Below, in pieces: positions 18,244 through 28,683 of a stretch of DNA of 36,874 nt. The position numbers and the translations under genes are program-made. Positions within the stretch are counted from its first letter, which is position 1, and every line of letters starts with the position of its first letter. The notes below the pieces were generated by a model. The model did not search any database, was not told the DNA's origin, and saw nothing but the letters and a program-made list of their open reading frames with translations. The stretch comes from a virus (Duplodnaviria > Caudoviricetes). The stretch lies in IMG/VR virus record IMGVR_UViG_3300025357_000024, positions 1 to 36,874 of that record; one strand, written 5' to 3'.

Positions 18244-20321
18244 TATACTTGTGGTACCATGTTCAATTGAATGGCTTGAGCATTGTTTGTATCAATAGCC
18301 AACAATCTGTTTCTTAATGGTGTGATAACCGTTAATTCTGGAACTACGTTTACGGTTAATACATTTTCGTCATAGAATGGATTTAGAGCAACTTTTTGCA
18401 AATCCAAACTTGTTAGCGTGATGATACCATTTAAGTAGTCAATAGTTCCAGCATTATTATTTACATAAACTTTTTGGCCATTTGACTGGTAATAATATGA
18501 CCTTATTGCTCCGTAATTGGAACTAAGTGTTATTGATAAAGATGCCTCAACACCAGAGGAGTCGGTAATACTAACTTGTGCGAGAGTATAATTAATACCT
18601 GCGTTTGTTACATTAACAGAACGAATTCTTCCGTTAACCACAACTGCTTCGGCTGTAGCACCGGTACCGTCACCGGTAATCGTAATAGTAGGAGTGCTAG
18701 AATATCCGTAACCAGCATTGATAACACCAATAGAACCAATACCTGTATATGATGCTGGAACTTCTTCAAAGAATACTTGCCTTGATGTTCCAGTCACATC
18801 AGGTACGGTTACTTGTGGATATGTGTAGAGTTTTTGATACTGGTCACCTTTTCTAATAGGTGTATTGAAATTAATAGTATAAGATTGTATAGTTCCTGGA
18901 GTCAATACTGCTCTGTTTTGTAAGTATAGTGTAATGTCGGAAGCAGTAATGGCTGCATCCGAATTTTCAATATAACTCTGTAACTTGGACAAAACGAAGG
19001 TTGACTGGAAATTATACAACTCATTTTCTGCGTAGTTGAAAATAGAGTTCTTTACCTCATTTAACAAATATGTTTCTGGTTGTGTTGTTAGAGTAGGGTT
19101 GTAATAAACATTTCCTCCAACCAATATGAACACATATTCTGGGTCAACAATTTCAGGAACAACGGTCAAAACATTTCTATTTGTAACTAAAGCATTTTTT
19201 ATGTTCTGTTTTTCTAATGCGGTTAGAGTATAATAACCTCTAGTTTTTAGAGATAGATAAACCTTACCATAAACAGGTGGTATATTAGTTTCACCACCCC
19301 AGACAGAGACAGCCTCAATATCAGGAAAATCTTTTGTTACGATGGATTCATAATCATTAATAGTGACACAACGGTTCTGTGCGGTATAATAATATGGTGC
19401 TCTAAATCTAATGTTTTCTATATTTTCTTTATCTGTACCACCATATGAACCTTGTGTAACCGTAATCTTAACATTATTCTTAAATAACCCAGCAATAGGG
19501 TCTGTAAAAACATACTTTTGAACACCGTTGGCAACTGAACCAACCGTATCCAAATATGTGACTTGAACAATGTTTCCATTAGCAGGTTTTTGACCTAGAA
19601 CATTATCACCGAAATAAATGGTGTAATTTAAATCTTGGTCTTCTTCAAGGAAATATACTTTAGAATTGGCCTGAATTTCTGTCAAATCAGCAGCCAAGAA
19701 ATACTGGGTAGTTTGTGTATTGGATGAGGACTCTTGTACCGTAACAATCATTGTATCAGTATCTACGTTAGCAGATGGAATCTGGTATCGGCCTGTAACG
19801 TTATTGGCATCAATAACAAATTGATTGGTGATAACCTCACCTTGTTTGATTACTACATTAGCAAAAGAAAATGAACCGTTATCTTTATATGCTGTATTGG
19901 CATTGACGGTTGCAAATGGATAATTGGTACCATTGATATCGGCACCAACAAGTCTGGTATATTGGTCTAAAATAATATAATTGACGTTAGGATTTTCACC
20001 ATTTGATGGTGTGACTTTGATGTTTAATAGAGATTGAGCACCGTGTGCGGAATCTGGAATGTAATTAATCAACTTGGCATGTGAGAGAATGTTTTTTCGG
20101 TCTTGTGCAGTATCGAGGAATGCCTCGTTGGCAATCATGTTTAGATAAAAAGCATTATAGTATGTGTTATAGGCCAGAATGTCCAATAGAACGGACATAC
20201 CAGAACCTTGGAAATTATAGTCACTAAAAGTGCTTTGACTTTGTAGATAATTTATAAGATTAGTCTTAATTGAAGAAAAATCTAATTCTGTTACTCTAAG
20301 CGAGGTATTGGACGTTGCCAT
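18243..20321 (-). CDS. gp6: Baseplate wedge subunit gp6
   Basis: ELDFSSIKTNL...DYNFQGSGMSVLLDILAYNTYY...EAFLDTAQ; AQNRCVTINDY; WGGE...PVYGKVYLS. Confidence 0.95.
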   Translation of the reverse strand: MATSNTSLRVTELDFSSIKTNLINYLQSQSTFSDYNFQGSGMSVLLDILAYNTYYNAFYLNMIANEAFLDTAQDRKNILSHAKLINYIPDSAHGAQSLLNIKVTPSNGENPNVNYIILDQYTRLVGADINGTNYPFATVNANTAYKDNGSFSFANVVIKQGEVITNQFVIDANNVTGRYQIPSANVDTDTMIVTVQESSSNTQTTQYFLAADLTEIQANSKVYFLEEDQDLNYTIYFGDNVLGQKPANGNIVQVTYLDTVGSVANGVQKYVFTDPIAGLFKNNVKITVTQGSYGGTDKENIENIRFRAPYYYTAQNRCVTINDYESIVTKDFPDIEAVSVWGGETNIPPVYGKVYLSLKTRGYYTLTALEKQNIKNALVTNRNVLTVVPEIVDPEYVFILVGGNVYYNPTLTTQPETYLLNEVKNSIFNYAENELYNFQSTFVLSKLQSYIENSDAAITASDITLYLQNRAVLTPGTIQSYTINFNTPIRKGDQYQKLYTYPQVTVPDVTGTSRQVFFEEVPASYTGIGSIGVINAGYGYSSTPTITITGDGTGATAEAVVVNGRIRSVNVTNAGINYTLAQVSITDSSGVEASLSITLSSNYGAIRSYYYQSNGQKVYVNNNAGTIDYLNGIITLTSLDLQKVALNPFYDENVLTVNVVPELTVITPLRNRLLAIDTNNAQAIQLNMVPQV

Positions 20322-20729
20322 TTAGCGAATTCTCTCTAAAAATAATGTTGATGTTACAGGTAAGTTTCTATTTAAAATAGTATATTGTATTGTAACCGTA
20401 AAACCATTCTGGTCAGGATTATTAACAACGGTAACATCTTGCAAACTAACTCTTGGTTCGAAGTTATTTATCACACCTGAAATGGCATACTTTAAATAAA
20501 CGGTTGTTAATGGTGTATCCAATTCAAACAATAGTCCACTAACATCAGAACCTAACGTAGACTGAAACTTCCTCTCATAGTAATTGGTTAATACAAGATT
20601 ACGGACAGACCTTTTGATGTCTTGTTGGCCATATAATATATTAACATCACCAGTAGCAGGATTCATGGTAAAATCCAGGTCCAAATCTGCATAGTCTGGA
20701 TCTCTATTTACAAACGGAGTGGTGGCCAT
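20322..20729 (-). CDS. gp25: Baseplate wedge subunit / sheath initiator gp25
   Basis: YADLDLDF...IKRSVRNLVLTNYYERKF...GS...LLFE...INNFEPRV. Confidence 0.95.
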   Translation of the reverse strand: MATTPFVNRDPDYADLDLDFTMNPATGDVNILYGQQDIKRSVRNLVLTNYYERKFQSTLGSDVSGLLFELDTPLTTVYLKYAISGVINNFEPRVSLQDVTVVNNPDQNGFTVTIQYTILNRNLPVTSTLFLERIR

Positions 20730-20759
20730 GATAGTCCTTTTAGCGTTTCCTTATTTAGT

Positions 20760-22094
20760 TTACAGCCAACTATCTGTTTCGCTAGTAGCATCAGGCTCAG
20801 CCTGAGGCTGTGATGATGAATTACCTTGAACTTGTGGAACTTGTCCAGGAAGTGAAGGAGTAATAATGTTGAGAGAACTTAAATTCAATCCAAGTGCCGA
20901 TGCTATCTGAGCAATACCACCATTTAAATTTAGTAAGGAACCTAAAGAATCCAAAGCAACTCCAGCAGTTCCGGCCATACCAAGTAATCCACTTAATGAA
21001 CTAATACTTGTAGATCCTCCAACAAAACTTGCGGATCCTGCCGGGGCCCGCATTTCCATACTACCAGATGTAACAACATGTGACATACTACCTGCTTGAA
21101 CGGTTACTTGTTTACTACCACTTGTTACCGTTTCAATTGAGTTCAAACCTACCGTTGTTTGTTTACTTTGAGAAATCTTTTGTATCTTATTACTTTTGTA
21201 TGTGTGACTGTGATCATCTGAAGTCATACCTGAAAACATACCATTAATGGATTGTTGGACTTTTTGATTACTAATCACTATTCCCAATAAAGGTATAATC
21301 CCTTGCGCGGAAAAACCACCATATTTGTGTTGAGTTGCAGCTGCAGCTCCTGATCCTGTTCCCCACGCAACGTTGACGGTACCGGGCGAAGAATGATAAG
21401 TTACTCCTTTAGGTGCTTGATTTTCAACAACCAGTTTTGCACTTGTTTTTGATTGGTTCAATCCATTTCTAATAGCTAAATCACCACCAAATGCATATTG
21501 TCCGGCACCACCTGCGGCATCGGATATATTATTTTTAGCACTACGAACTATTGAATCTTGTGAATTAGTTATGATAGGTCCTTCAGATTTTGTATTGATA
21601 GTTTTTGCTTCAGTATCAATAGTTCCACGGACAGAACGATTTATGTTCTTTGCAGTCAAATTCATATTACCCATAACGGTTAAATTATAATCTTTATGGA
21701 CCGTGACATTATAATCACCATAGCAACGGAGTGAGGTATCACCTTTAACGGTAATGTCGGAAGCACCAGAGATTGTTACACGTTCTTCACCAAGCACCAC
21801 CTCATATTTACCATTATGTGTGGTTAATAGCATACCACCATCTGGTCGCATTTGAATAGCAGTACCAGAACGATGTTGGATGGTTACCGTTTCATTACCT
21901 TGGGAGTCATCCATAATGAAAGAATGACCAGATCGGGTCTTGTGTGACCAATAGTTTGGATACTGGCCTCCAGATTCCATGCTACGAGCATCTTGATCAA
22001 CATTAAATTTGCGAGGTGTAGTTTTACCTTCTGAATTATCGTTATAAGTATCTCCACCGCCTGTTGTAGATACACTTGCTTGCAATTCTGCCAT
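20760..22094 (-). CDS. gp5-like tail spike, C-terminal part (beta-helix); no lysozyme domain
   Basis: QYPNYWSHKTRSGHSFIMDDSQGNETVTIQHRSGTAIQMRPDG matches the gp5 YP.N....T.SGH..E.DD.PG.ER....H..G segment, followed by V.GD-type beta-helix repeats; lies upstream of gp25. Confidence 0.8.
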   Translation of the reverse strand: MAELQASVSTTGGGDTYNDNSEGKTTPRKFNVDQDARSMESGGQYPNYWSHKTRSGHSFIMDDSQGNETVTIQHRSGTAIQMRPDGGMLLTTHNGKYEVVLGEERVTISGASDITVKGDTSLRCYGDYNVTVHKDYNLTVMGNMNLTAKNINRSVRGTIDTEAKTINTKSEGPIITNSQDSIVRSAKNNISDAAGGAGQYAFGGDLAIRNGLNQSKTSAKLVVENQAPKGVTYHSSPGTVNVAWGTGSGAAAATQHKYGGFSAQGIIPLLGIVISNQKVQQSINGMFSGMTSDDHSHTYKSNKIQKISQSKQTTVGLNSIETVTSGSKQVTVQAGSMSHVVTSGSMEMRAPAGSASFVGGSTSISSLSGLLGMAGTAGVALDSLGSLLNLNGGIAQIASALGLNLSSLNIITPSLPGQVPQVQGNSSSQPQAEPDATSETDSWL

Positions 22095-22105
22095 TTTTTA
22101 ATTCC

Positions 22106-23503
22106 TTACGATGATATAAGTTGTTGAACAATTTGTGCTATATCTTGGCCGTTTATGGTGCCTTTATTGATTTGGTTTTGTGTTTGAGCTACCTGTTGCT
22201 GATTTAGTTTTTGATGCATTTGTGTCGCAGTTTGTTCTTGTGTCGTAGCGAGGCGTTTCCACATATCTTGTATGGTTTTTGATGCTGTGCCAAACATATT
22301 ACCCATACCACCAGATCCGCCGCCAGAACCACTTCCGGATCCCCCAGATCCACCACTTGATCCACCGCCGGAACTTCCACCACCAGTGTTACCAGTATTA
22401 GATACACCTACTCCAGCATATGCGGTATTGCTCATGCTATTGGCAAATTCCATTTGAGCATTTGCATTTGCGTATGATACGGTTATTGTGCCGTTTATAT
22501 CAACTTCCTGTAATGCCACACCCCAGGCATTTTCAATCTGTATAACCACATTATCTAGTGCCTCATGACCCATAATGGTGGTGTCCCATTGAAGGCGATT
22601 TAGAACGCTCATAAGGTCATCTATAGATTGAACCTGACTTAATAATTGTGTTGCGTTTTCTAGGTAGATACCATAATGAACAACATTGCCTGTGACATAA
22701 CCAACACCATTGTCGGTTTCATGTCCCTGTATTAGATTACTTAAACTATTTAATGCGGTGGACATATTTGGAGTTAATCCACTATGAATGTCATCCCAAT
22801 AACTATTACCATTGCCTAAACCACCTGCCTGCGCCGCAGATGAACCACCTGTTCCGCCGCCTGAACCATTTTGCATAAGACCTTGAAACATCTGTGCAAG
22901 GGACATAATTTGCCCTGGCAATTGGTCCATCAAATCTTGTGTCATCATCTGGTCGTTTGTCTGTCTAGCAGTAGGAACACTCTTCATTGCTGGCAATCTA
23001 AAACCAGACATATCAAATAAAGCACCGTGGTTTGGTAGACCGTCCAAGGCACCTAAACTATGCTGTGTTCCTTTTTCTTTGATGGTGCGAACCTTTGCAC
23101 CTCTTTCGGTACTTTCTTGTATTTGTGGTGGTATATTAACAGGAATAGTTGTATTGATTAATTCTTGTATAGCACCACTCATAAGGTCTTGTCCACCTCC
23201 GGCCATATTAACACCATTACCATTTCTCATAGAATTGGCAAGGCCTAGAATAATACCACCGTTCTGTCCTAATCCTTTTAAAACATAGACCATTGAACCT
23301 GGGTCCATGCCACCTGGGAACTGTTGCTGGCCAGATTGTGTTGGATTAATTGCTGAACCCCAATAACCAAGGTCTTCATTGCTAACATCAGGACCATGGT
23401 TTAATGACCTGGTTGACTGATTGCTATTATGAGATTGGTCGCTCTTTGGGTCCACAATAAAATGTGGTTGAATTGTAAATTGGTCTAAATTTGGATTCGC
23501 CAT
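22106..23503 (-). CDS. Putative gp5 N-terminal (OB-fold-like) part fused to a Gly/Gln/Met-rich region
   Basis: Probable start at MANPNL (23503). HGPDVSNEDLGYW...INPTQ...MDPGSMVYV...GGIILG resembles the gp5 OB segment. Lies between the gp27-like gene and gp5C. Confidence 0.55.
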   Translation of the reverse strand: MANPNLDQFTIQPHFIVDPKSDQSHNSNQSTRSLNHGPDVSNEDLGYWGSAINPTQSGQQQFPGGMDPGSMVYVLKGLGQNGGIILGLANSMRNGNGVNMAGGGQDLMSGAIQELINTTIPVNIPPQIQESTERGAKVRTIKEKGTQHSLGALDGLPNHGALFDMSGFRLPAMKSVPTARQTNDQMMTQDLMDQLPGQIMSLAQMFQGLMQNGSGGGTGGSSAAQAGGLGNGNSYWDDIHSGLTPNMSTALNSLSNLIQGHETDNGVGYVTGNVVHYGIYLENATQLLSQVQSIDDLMSVLNRLQWDTTIMGHEALDNVVIQIENAWGVALQEVDINGTITVSYANANAQMEFANSMSNTAYAGVGVSNTGNTGGGSSGGGSSGGSGGSGSGSGGGSGGMGNMFGTASKTIQDMWKRLATTQEQTATQMHQKLNQQQVAQTQNQINKGTINGQDIAQIVQQLISS

Positions 23504-23505
23504 GA

Positions 23506-24690
23506 TTACCCTACATTTCCAGTTATACAATCAAGTGTTGTGGTGGCATAACCACCTAATTGGATGTTATGTTTAAGTGCTACAACCAAGTATGAACCTG
23601 AACCATACATAGGAACACCTGCATTTCTACCTTTACCAGGCCAAGTGAAACCAATAATCTGACCAACATGTAGCCTTGGATTCCATGGCACCGTAATACG
23701 AAAAGCAATCTTATCTTTTTCTAATAGACCCATTCTGGCCTGTCTCAACAATAAGTATTGCTCTACACCCATATTACAACTATTTTGTTGCTCGGATGAA
23801 CCGGAATTGGTTATAGCAGTTTTATGATTGCCTTTACCAATACCACAACCACCAATAGAACCACCAAATAAACTACCTCCTTGATTAAATGGATTAATTG
23901 TGCTGACACTATTGCCACCTTCAAGTCCATTTAATAAGTCGGAGAGATAATCAAAGTCACAAGGGAAACTAAAATTAATAGCAGCACCACCATCTGCAAG
24001 GTCCACGTCCGCGCCCTCGGAACTGGCATATGTTACTACAGGTGAACCACCTTCAAGTTTCTTTAATGCTCTAAAATAATGTGTGCCAAAGTTTTCATAA
24101 GTCATATAATGCAAGAATGATGGGTCATTGCCTTCATATAGTGCCACATTTGCTTGCTGTGCCACAACCTGAAAAGGATGTATATTCTCTGCGATATAAT
24201 CTCTGGCAGGCCCAGCATTATCAATAACTGCATTTCTAACACCAGCACAGGATTGTAATACATAATTAACAACCTCGGATGGCATGGTACATTTCCATGA
24301 TTTGGAAACTAGTGATTGTGCATCGTTTAATAGTGATTGGTCGCAGGCGTGGAGTGTTAATGTTTCAGTTTGACCTACGTTAATGTCCAATTCTCTATTG
24401 TCAATTCTATAGAGTTGTTGATTTACAAACATAGAATACTTTGTGGCTGGTTGGTTCATAGTAATTACTAGAGGTTGGTTTTTATATGAACCCCATATTT
24501 TTGGTTGGTCAGCATAGACAAATGACTGCAAAGTTACTGCTGTCTGTAAACCTGGTGTAAGTAAACTCTCACCTAGAACAACCTCTTTTACCGTAATTTC
24601 GGTAAAAATTTCACTACCAATTGCAATCTGTGTATCAACTCGGAGATTATCATAACTACCACCGGTAGCACCCAAAGGCATATTACCCAT
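23506..24690 (-). CDS. Baseplate hub protein, gp27-like
   Basis: C-terminus RITVPWNPRLHVGQII...SGSYLVVALKHNI...TTTLDCI is typical of gp27/VgrG-type hubs. Start placed at MGNMPL after a GAGGA RBS. Confidence 0.7.
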   Translation of the reverse strand: MGNMPLGATGGSYDNLRVDTQIAIGSEIFTEITVKEVVLGESLLTPGLQTAVTLQSFVYADQPKIWGSYKNQPLVITMNQPATKYSMFVNQQLYRIDNRELDINVGQTETLTLHACDQSLLNDAQSLVSKSWKCTMPSEVVNYVLQSCAGVRNAVIDNAGPARDYIAENIHPFQVVAQQANVALYEGNDPSFLHYMTYENFGTHYFRALKKLEGGSPVVTYASSEGADVDLADGGAAINFSFPCDFDYLSDLLNGLEGGNSVSTINPFNQGGSLFGGSIGGCGIGKGNHKTAITNSGSSEQQNSCNMGVEQYLLLRQARMGLLEKDKIAFRITVPWNPRLHVGQIIGFTWPGKGRNAGVPMYGSGSYLVVALKHNIQLGGYATTTLDCITGNVG

Positions 24691-24691
24691 A

Positions 24692-25561
24692 TTATGCAAA
24701 TCCTCTCAAATAACTTGGTAGGTTTGGATTAAGGTCTGTAAGTTTTTTAAATTCGGACATAATCTGTGAATAATAATCCGGTTTAATAATCTTAATAAGT
24801 CTTTTATCATCATTTAGTTTTAATTCATAATCATAATATGTAACTTCTCGGCCGGAAATGGTTTCAGTTATAGTTTTTCCATCCAATTCATATGTATTTA
24901 CACCTTGTATTAGTGGAATAGAACCAGACCTAGAGATGGTTATGAGGTCATCATAAGTCAAATCGGCAGTCATAAATGGTCTTTCATAATCGTCGGCAGT
25001 GAAAGCATTGCTATCTGCGGTTCTGTGAGTTGTTGATGTCCAAGGTGTGAAATAAGCATACGGAACATTAGGAACATTTAATGTCTGTCTGGTGGTATCA
25101 ATAACAAAAGTTGTTGTGCTTGTTGTTCCATAAAATTCATTAGTTCTTTCAATAACCATTTCACAATGATGTATATTCGCCTGTGCCCAATCTACTGAAC
25201 CATATTTGTCATTAATCATTTTTTGGAAGGAATCATATTGTAAAGGCCAGTCAAATTGTGCATCGGAAATTTTATTGGCATATAATATAATCCAACCAGC
25301 ACCAACGTCACCATAAATCTTTTCTGCTAATAATTCTGGTGTATCCGAGTCCAATATATCATAAACATAATATGCTGATGTATTATTAATAATTTTTTTG
25401 AGAATACCAAAACGAAAGAAAATGTCGGTTACGGTTTCATGAGGACCATTTAAATATGTTACGGTGTTATTAATGTCGTATTCCATAGTTGGAAATTTTC
25501 CAAAAAATGGAGTATTAGCAGATGGTATTGGTACGCCGGTTTGTGTATTAGCGAATGACAT
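24692..25561 (-). CDS. gp53: Baseplate wedge subunit gp53
   Basis: FFGKFPTMEY...TDIF...YDILDSDTPELLAEKIYGD...WIILYAN...FDWPL...NDDKRLIKIIKPDY. Start placed at MSFANT after a GAGGT RBS. Confidence 0.88.
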   Translation of the reverse strand: MSFANTQTGVPIPSANTPFFGKFPTMEYDINNTVTYLNGPHETVTDIFFRFGILKKIINNTSAYYVYDILDSDTPELLAEKIYGDVGAGWIILYANKISDAQFDWPLQYDSFQKMINDKYGSVDWAQANIHHCEMVIERTNEFYGTTSTTTFVIDTTRQTLNVPNVPYAYFTPWTSTTHRTADSNAFTADDYERPFMTADLTYDDLITISRSGSIPLIQGVNTYELDGKTITETISGREVTYYDYELKLNDDKRLIKIIKPDYYSQIMSEFKKLTDLNPNLPSYLRGFA

Positions 25562-25563
25562 TT

Positions 25564-26073
25564 TTACCTCTTGAATACCCAATCTTCAACTGGGAGTTGT
25601 ATTGCTTTATCAAACTCATCAACATTAATCTCAATAAATTGTGACCTACAATGTGAATAGAGATACCTTTTAATACAAGGTTTCGCCAAGGACTCTAATC
25701 GCCTTGAACCTTGCAATAATTGATAACTCAATTTTAATCTGGTATTTTCATCCATCTTTTTATCATTAGCAAACTTCATCAACTGACCTAGTAGCGCCTG
25801 ACGTTCTCTTATATTGAGATAGTGTAGGTTTAAACCTAAAAAACCATCTCCATACATCTCAATCGGAAACACCATTGGAAACTTATCATACTTTGCTAGT
25901 GTCGCTTTACCTTTTGGGTCATACTTAAAGAAAAACAATTTACCAATAACCGTATCATCGCGGCCTCTTTGGTCGGATGCTAGTAATAGTTTACGAGCCT
26001 TTGGTGACGCAGCATCCAAGGCCTTATCAAATAACCACTTTTGTAGGTCTTTAGATGAATATTTTTCTGCCAT
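25564..26073 (-). CDS. gp2: DNA end protector protein gp2
   Basis: IGKLFFFKYDPKGKATLAKYDKFPMVF...GFLGLNLHYL...KPCIKRYLYSH...AIQLPVEDW. Confidence 0.92.
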   Translation of the reverse strand: MAEKYSSKDLQKWLFDKALDAASPKARKLLLASDQRGRDDTVIGKLFFFKYDPKGKATLAKYDKFPMVFPIEMYGDGFLGLNLHYLNIRERQALLGQLMKFANDKKMDENTRLKLSYQLLQGSRRLESLAKPCIKRYLYSHCRSQFIEINVDEFDKAIQLPVEDWVFKR

Positions 26074-26078
26074 GTAGG

Positions 26079-26086
26079 TATTTATA
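26079..26086 (-). promoter_or_regulatory. T4-type late promoter TATAAATA directly before gp2
   Basis: TATAAATAcctacATG: the motif sits 5 nt from the start codon. Confidence 0.75.
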
Positions 26087-26533
26087 TCACTTTTTGAATA
26101 GGTCTGATTCCGTTATAACTCTAAATTCCCATCCTTTGTGACGGCAATAATCTTCTGCCGCCTTCCATTTAGCCTGATTAACGCCATAAGTCATCACCTC
26201 GGTAATATACCTTTTGGTAGTCCTTTGTGGTCTTTTTGGTTCTTGGGTCTGGGCCTTTGGTTTCACCTCTAAAAGCATCTTACGTGTCTCACCGTCTCTC
26301 CCAACCGCCTCCACATAAAAGTCCGTAAAGTATCGGTGCAATTTATTATCTATGGGTGAGACATACGGAATGACTATCTCTTCCGAACCCCAACGGACAA
26401 CATTGGTGTTGGTGTCTAACCAATCCATTACTCTCTTTTCCCACCCAGACCTATATACAATGTTGGTGGGGTCTCCGATATATTTTTTAGGATTCACAGG
26501 TTTAAAGAAACCTTGCTTATAATTATGTGCCAT
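26087..26533 (-). CDS. gp4: Head completion nuclease gp4
   Basis: G.FKPVNPKKYIGDPTNIVYRSGWE...WGSEE...HRYFTDF...EVKP...NQAKWKAA. Confidence 0.95.
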   Translation of the reverse strand: MAHNYKQGFFKPVNPKKYIGDPTNIVYRSGWEKRVMDWLDTNTNVVRWGSEEIVIPYVSPIDNKLHRYFTDFYVEAVGRDGETRKMLLEVKPKAQTQEPKRPQRTTKRYITEVMTYGVNQAKWKAAEDYCRHKGWEFRVITESDLFKK

Positions 26534-26567
26534 AAATACTATCTAGGTAATAATACCGGAGATATAA

Positions 26568-27323
26568 ATGCCCAATGTTAGCACTAATCTTTATTTTCCA
26601 CTAGTCCAAGATACCACACAAGGTGGTAACTGGATGATTATTAGTGCTATGGCTCCCGGTTCAGCCGCAGTTGTTGGTTCTGTAGCACTATTTATTCCAG
26701 GTGCATCTAGTGGTTCAAACATAGTTTTTGGTGATAGACACGAATACTCCGAAACTAAATTGTCCAAAGTTATTGCCGATGCTGCACTATCACCAATTGG
26801 TGTAGGTTTCAATGCAGTGAATGGCCTACTAGCAACTCAAGGTGCATCAATCAATCCAAAGGTAGAAGTTCTCTACCGCGATACAGACTTGAGAACATTT
26901 GAATTTAGTTTTATTATGTCTCCAACAAACCAAGCGGAATCACAAGCAATCGTAAACATCGTAACACTATTGAGACAATATGCGGCACCAACATTAGTGG
27001 TGCCAGGTGGTGGTTATAGTGACCCTAGACAAGGTTATATTTCAAACCAATCTAACTATCTTGGTTTAAACTCTGGTGGTATGTTTAAGACACCAAACGA
27101 GTTCATTATAGATTTTATGATGCCAGATATACAAGGTAATTTAATTCCTAATTCCAGCATACCGAAAATTGGTAGATGTGTTATGGAAGGTATTCAAGTT
27201 ATGTATAACCCTAATGGTGAGTGGAGTACCTTTGCTGATGGTAGTCCTGTTTCAACTCAGTTGACCATGGGATTTAGAGAAATAAGAGTTATAGACAGCA
27301 AGAATATATCACAAGGTTACTAA
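26568..27323 (+). CDS. gp48: Baseplate tail-tube cap gp48
   Basis: INPKVEVLYRDTDLRTFEFSFIMSP...P.EF.I...V.YNPNG...F.DGSPVSTQLTMGFREI. Confidence 0.85.
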   Translation: MPNVSTNLYFPLVQDTTQGGNWMIISAMAPGSAAVVGSVALFIPGASSGSNIVFGDRHEYSETKLSKVIADAALSPIGVGFNAVNGLLATQGASINPKVEVLYRDTDLRTFEFSFIMSPTNQAESQAIVNIVTLLRQYAAPTLVVPGGGYSDPRQGYISNQSNYLGLNSGGMFKTPNEFIIDFMMPDIQGNLIPNSSIPKIGRCVMEGIQVMYNPNGEWSTFADGSPVSTQLTMGFREIRVIDSKNISQGY

Positions 27324-27324
27324 T

Positions 27325-27948
27325 ATGGGTACTAATTTTAATCAAACAAATGTTCCACAAAATTTGGATATGCAAAGCCTTAAAGCGGCCGCAGATTCCG
27401 CAGGACAATATGCAAAAGGTTGTCGCTTTGTTGCCGTCATCAAACCTACCGGATCCAGTATTATTGGACTTATTCCAAGAGATTTGGTTTATATGTGTGA
27501 GGCGGTTGAGTTTCCTGGTCGTGGTTTTGATATAACTGAAATTAGATATTGGGGACCTAAACAAGTATTTCCAAACAATGTCATGTATGGTTCAGGCATT
27601 AATATGCAATTCATCTGCCGACAAGATAGCACAGAGAGAGCATTTTTTGATAACTGGCAGGATATTATTAACCCGGTAAATAACTTTATGTTTGAATATC
27701 CAGATAACTATTATGCAGACATTAATATATATCAACTAGCGGAGTATGCCGCCGGCGCCGGATGGAATTATATAAAAGATTCTAATCATAAACCTGTAAA
27801 TTCTCTAGCAACTTATGGATGGACTCTACGCAAATGCTGGCCTACATTGGTCAATCCACAACAAGTCACATGGGCCGACCAAGACATTTTAAGATTACAA
27901 GTTTCATTTGCATATAAGTATTGGGATAGACCAGATTACGTAAAATAA
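27325..27948 (+). CDS. Tail-tube initiator gp54-like (gp19 tube fold)
   Basis: MCEAVEFPGR...R.FFDNWQD.I...YPDNY...WP..V...V.FAYKYW. Confidence 0.8.
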   Translation: MGTNFNQTNVPQNLDMQSLKAAADSAGQYAKGCRFVAVIKPTGSSIIGLIPRDLVYMCEAVEFPGRGFDITEIRYWGPKQVFPNNVMYGSGINMQFICRQDSTERAFFDNWQDIINPVNNFMFEYPDNYYADINIYQLAEYAAGAGWNYIKDSNHKPVNSLATYGWTLRKCWPTLVNPQQVTWADQDILRLQVSFAYKYWDRPDYVK

Positions 27949-27963
27949 TGGAGTGAATAGATT

Positions 27964-28683
27964 ATGCTACCAAAGATTGATGTGCCAACATATGATATAG
28001 CAATACCTTCTACACAAGAAATTATAACGGTCAGACCGTTTACCGTTAAAGAAGAAAAACTCCTACTGATGGCAATGGAGTCAAAAGACAACGAAGAAAT
28101 TATTAAGACGGTTAAACAGATTATTAGCAATAGTATTATCAAAGGTAAGATTGATTTTAATAAATTGCCGTTTTTTGATGTTGATTTTCTTTTTGTCTTT
28201 TTAAGGGCCAAGTCCATTGGTGAAAAGGTAGAGGTGAGTTTAACCTGTAACAATGTTGTGGATGGAAATAAATGTGGTAATGTTTTTGAAACGGATATGG
28301 ATATTGCCAATTGTGAAATACAACAAAAAGAAGGTATTTCACCGGATATTAAATTGAATGAAAAGCAAGGTATCAAAATGAGATACCCAACTTATACGTC
28401 AATGAAATATGCGGAATCAGGCAATGCGATAGACAGAAAGACAAATGTTATTGTAAATTCCATTGACAGCATATATGATGCCAAAGGTGTATATTCTTGG
28501 AAAGATTACAGCAAGGAAGAATTAAAAGAGTTTGTTGAAAGTTTGACCGAAGAGAACTATAACAAACTACAGGCCTTTGTTGATAACTTTCCAACTATTG
28601 CGGTTAAACTGCAAGCAACCTGTAATAGATGTGGTTTTAACCATAACGTGAGGTATACAGACTTCTTTGATTTTTTTACATGA
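27964..28683 (+). CDS. gp26: Baseplate hub assembly chaperone gp26
   Basis: MLPKIDVPTY...RPFTVKEEKLLLMAMES...LRAKSIGE...C...C, plus a C-terminal CNRCG. Confidence 0.92.
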   Translation: MLPKIDVPTYDIAIPSTQEIITVRPFTVKEEKLLLMAMESKDNEEIIKTVKQIISNSIIKGKIDFNKLPFFDVDFLFVFLRAKSIGEKVEVSLTCNNVVDGNKCGNVFETDMDIANCEIQQKEGISPDIKLNEKQGIKMRYPTYTSMKYAESGNAIDRKTNVIVNSIDSIYDAKGVYSWKDYSKEELKEFVESLTEENYNKLQAFVDNFPTIAVKLQATCNRCGFNHNVRYTDFFDFFT

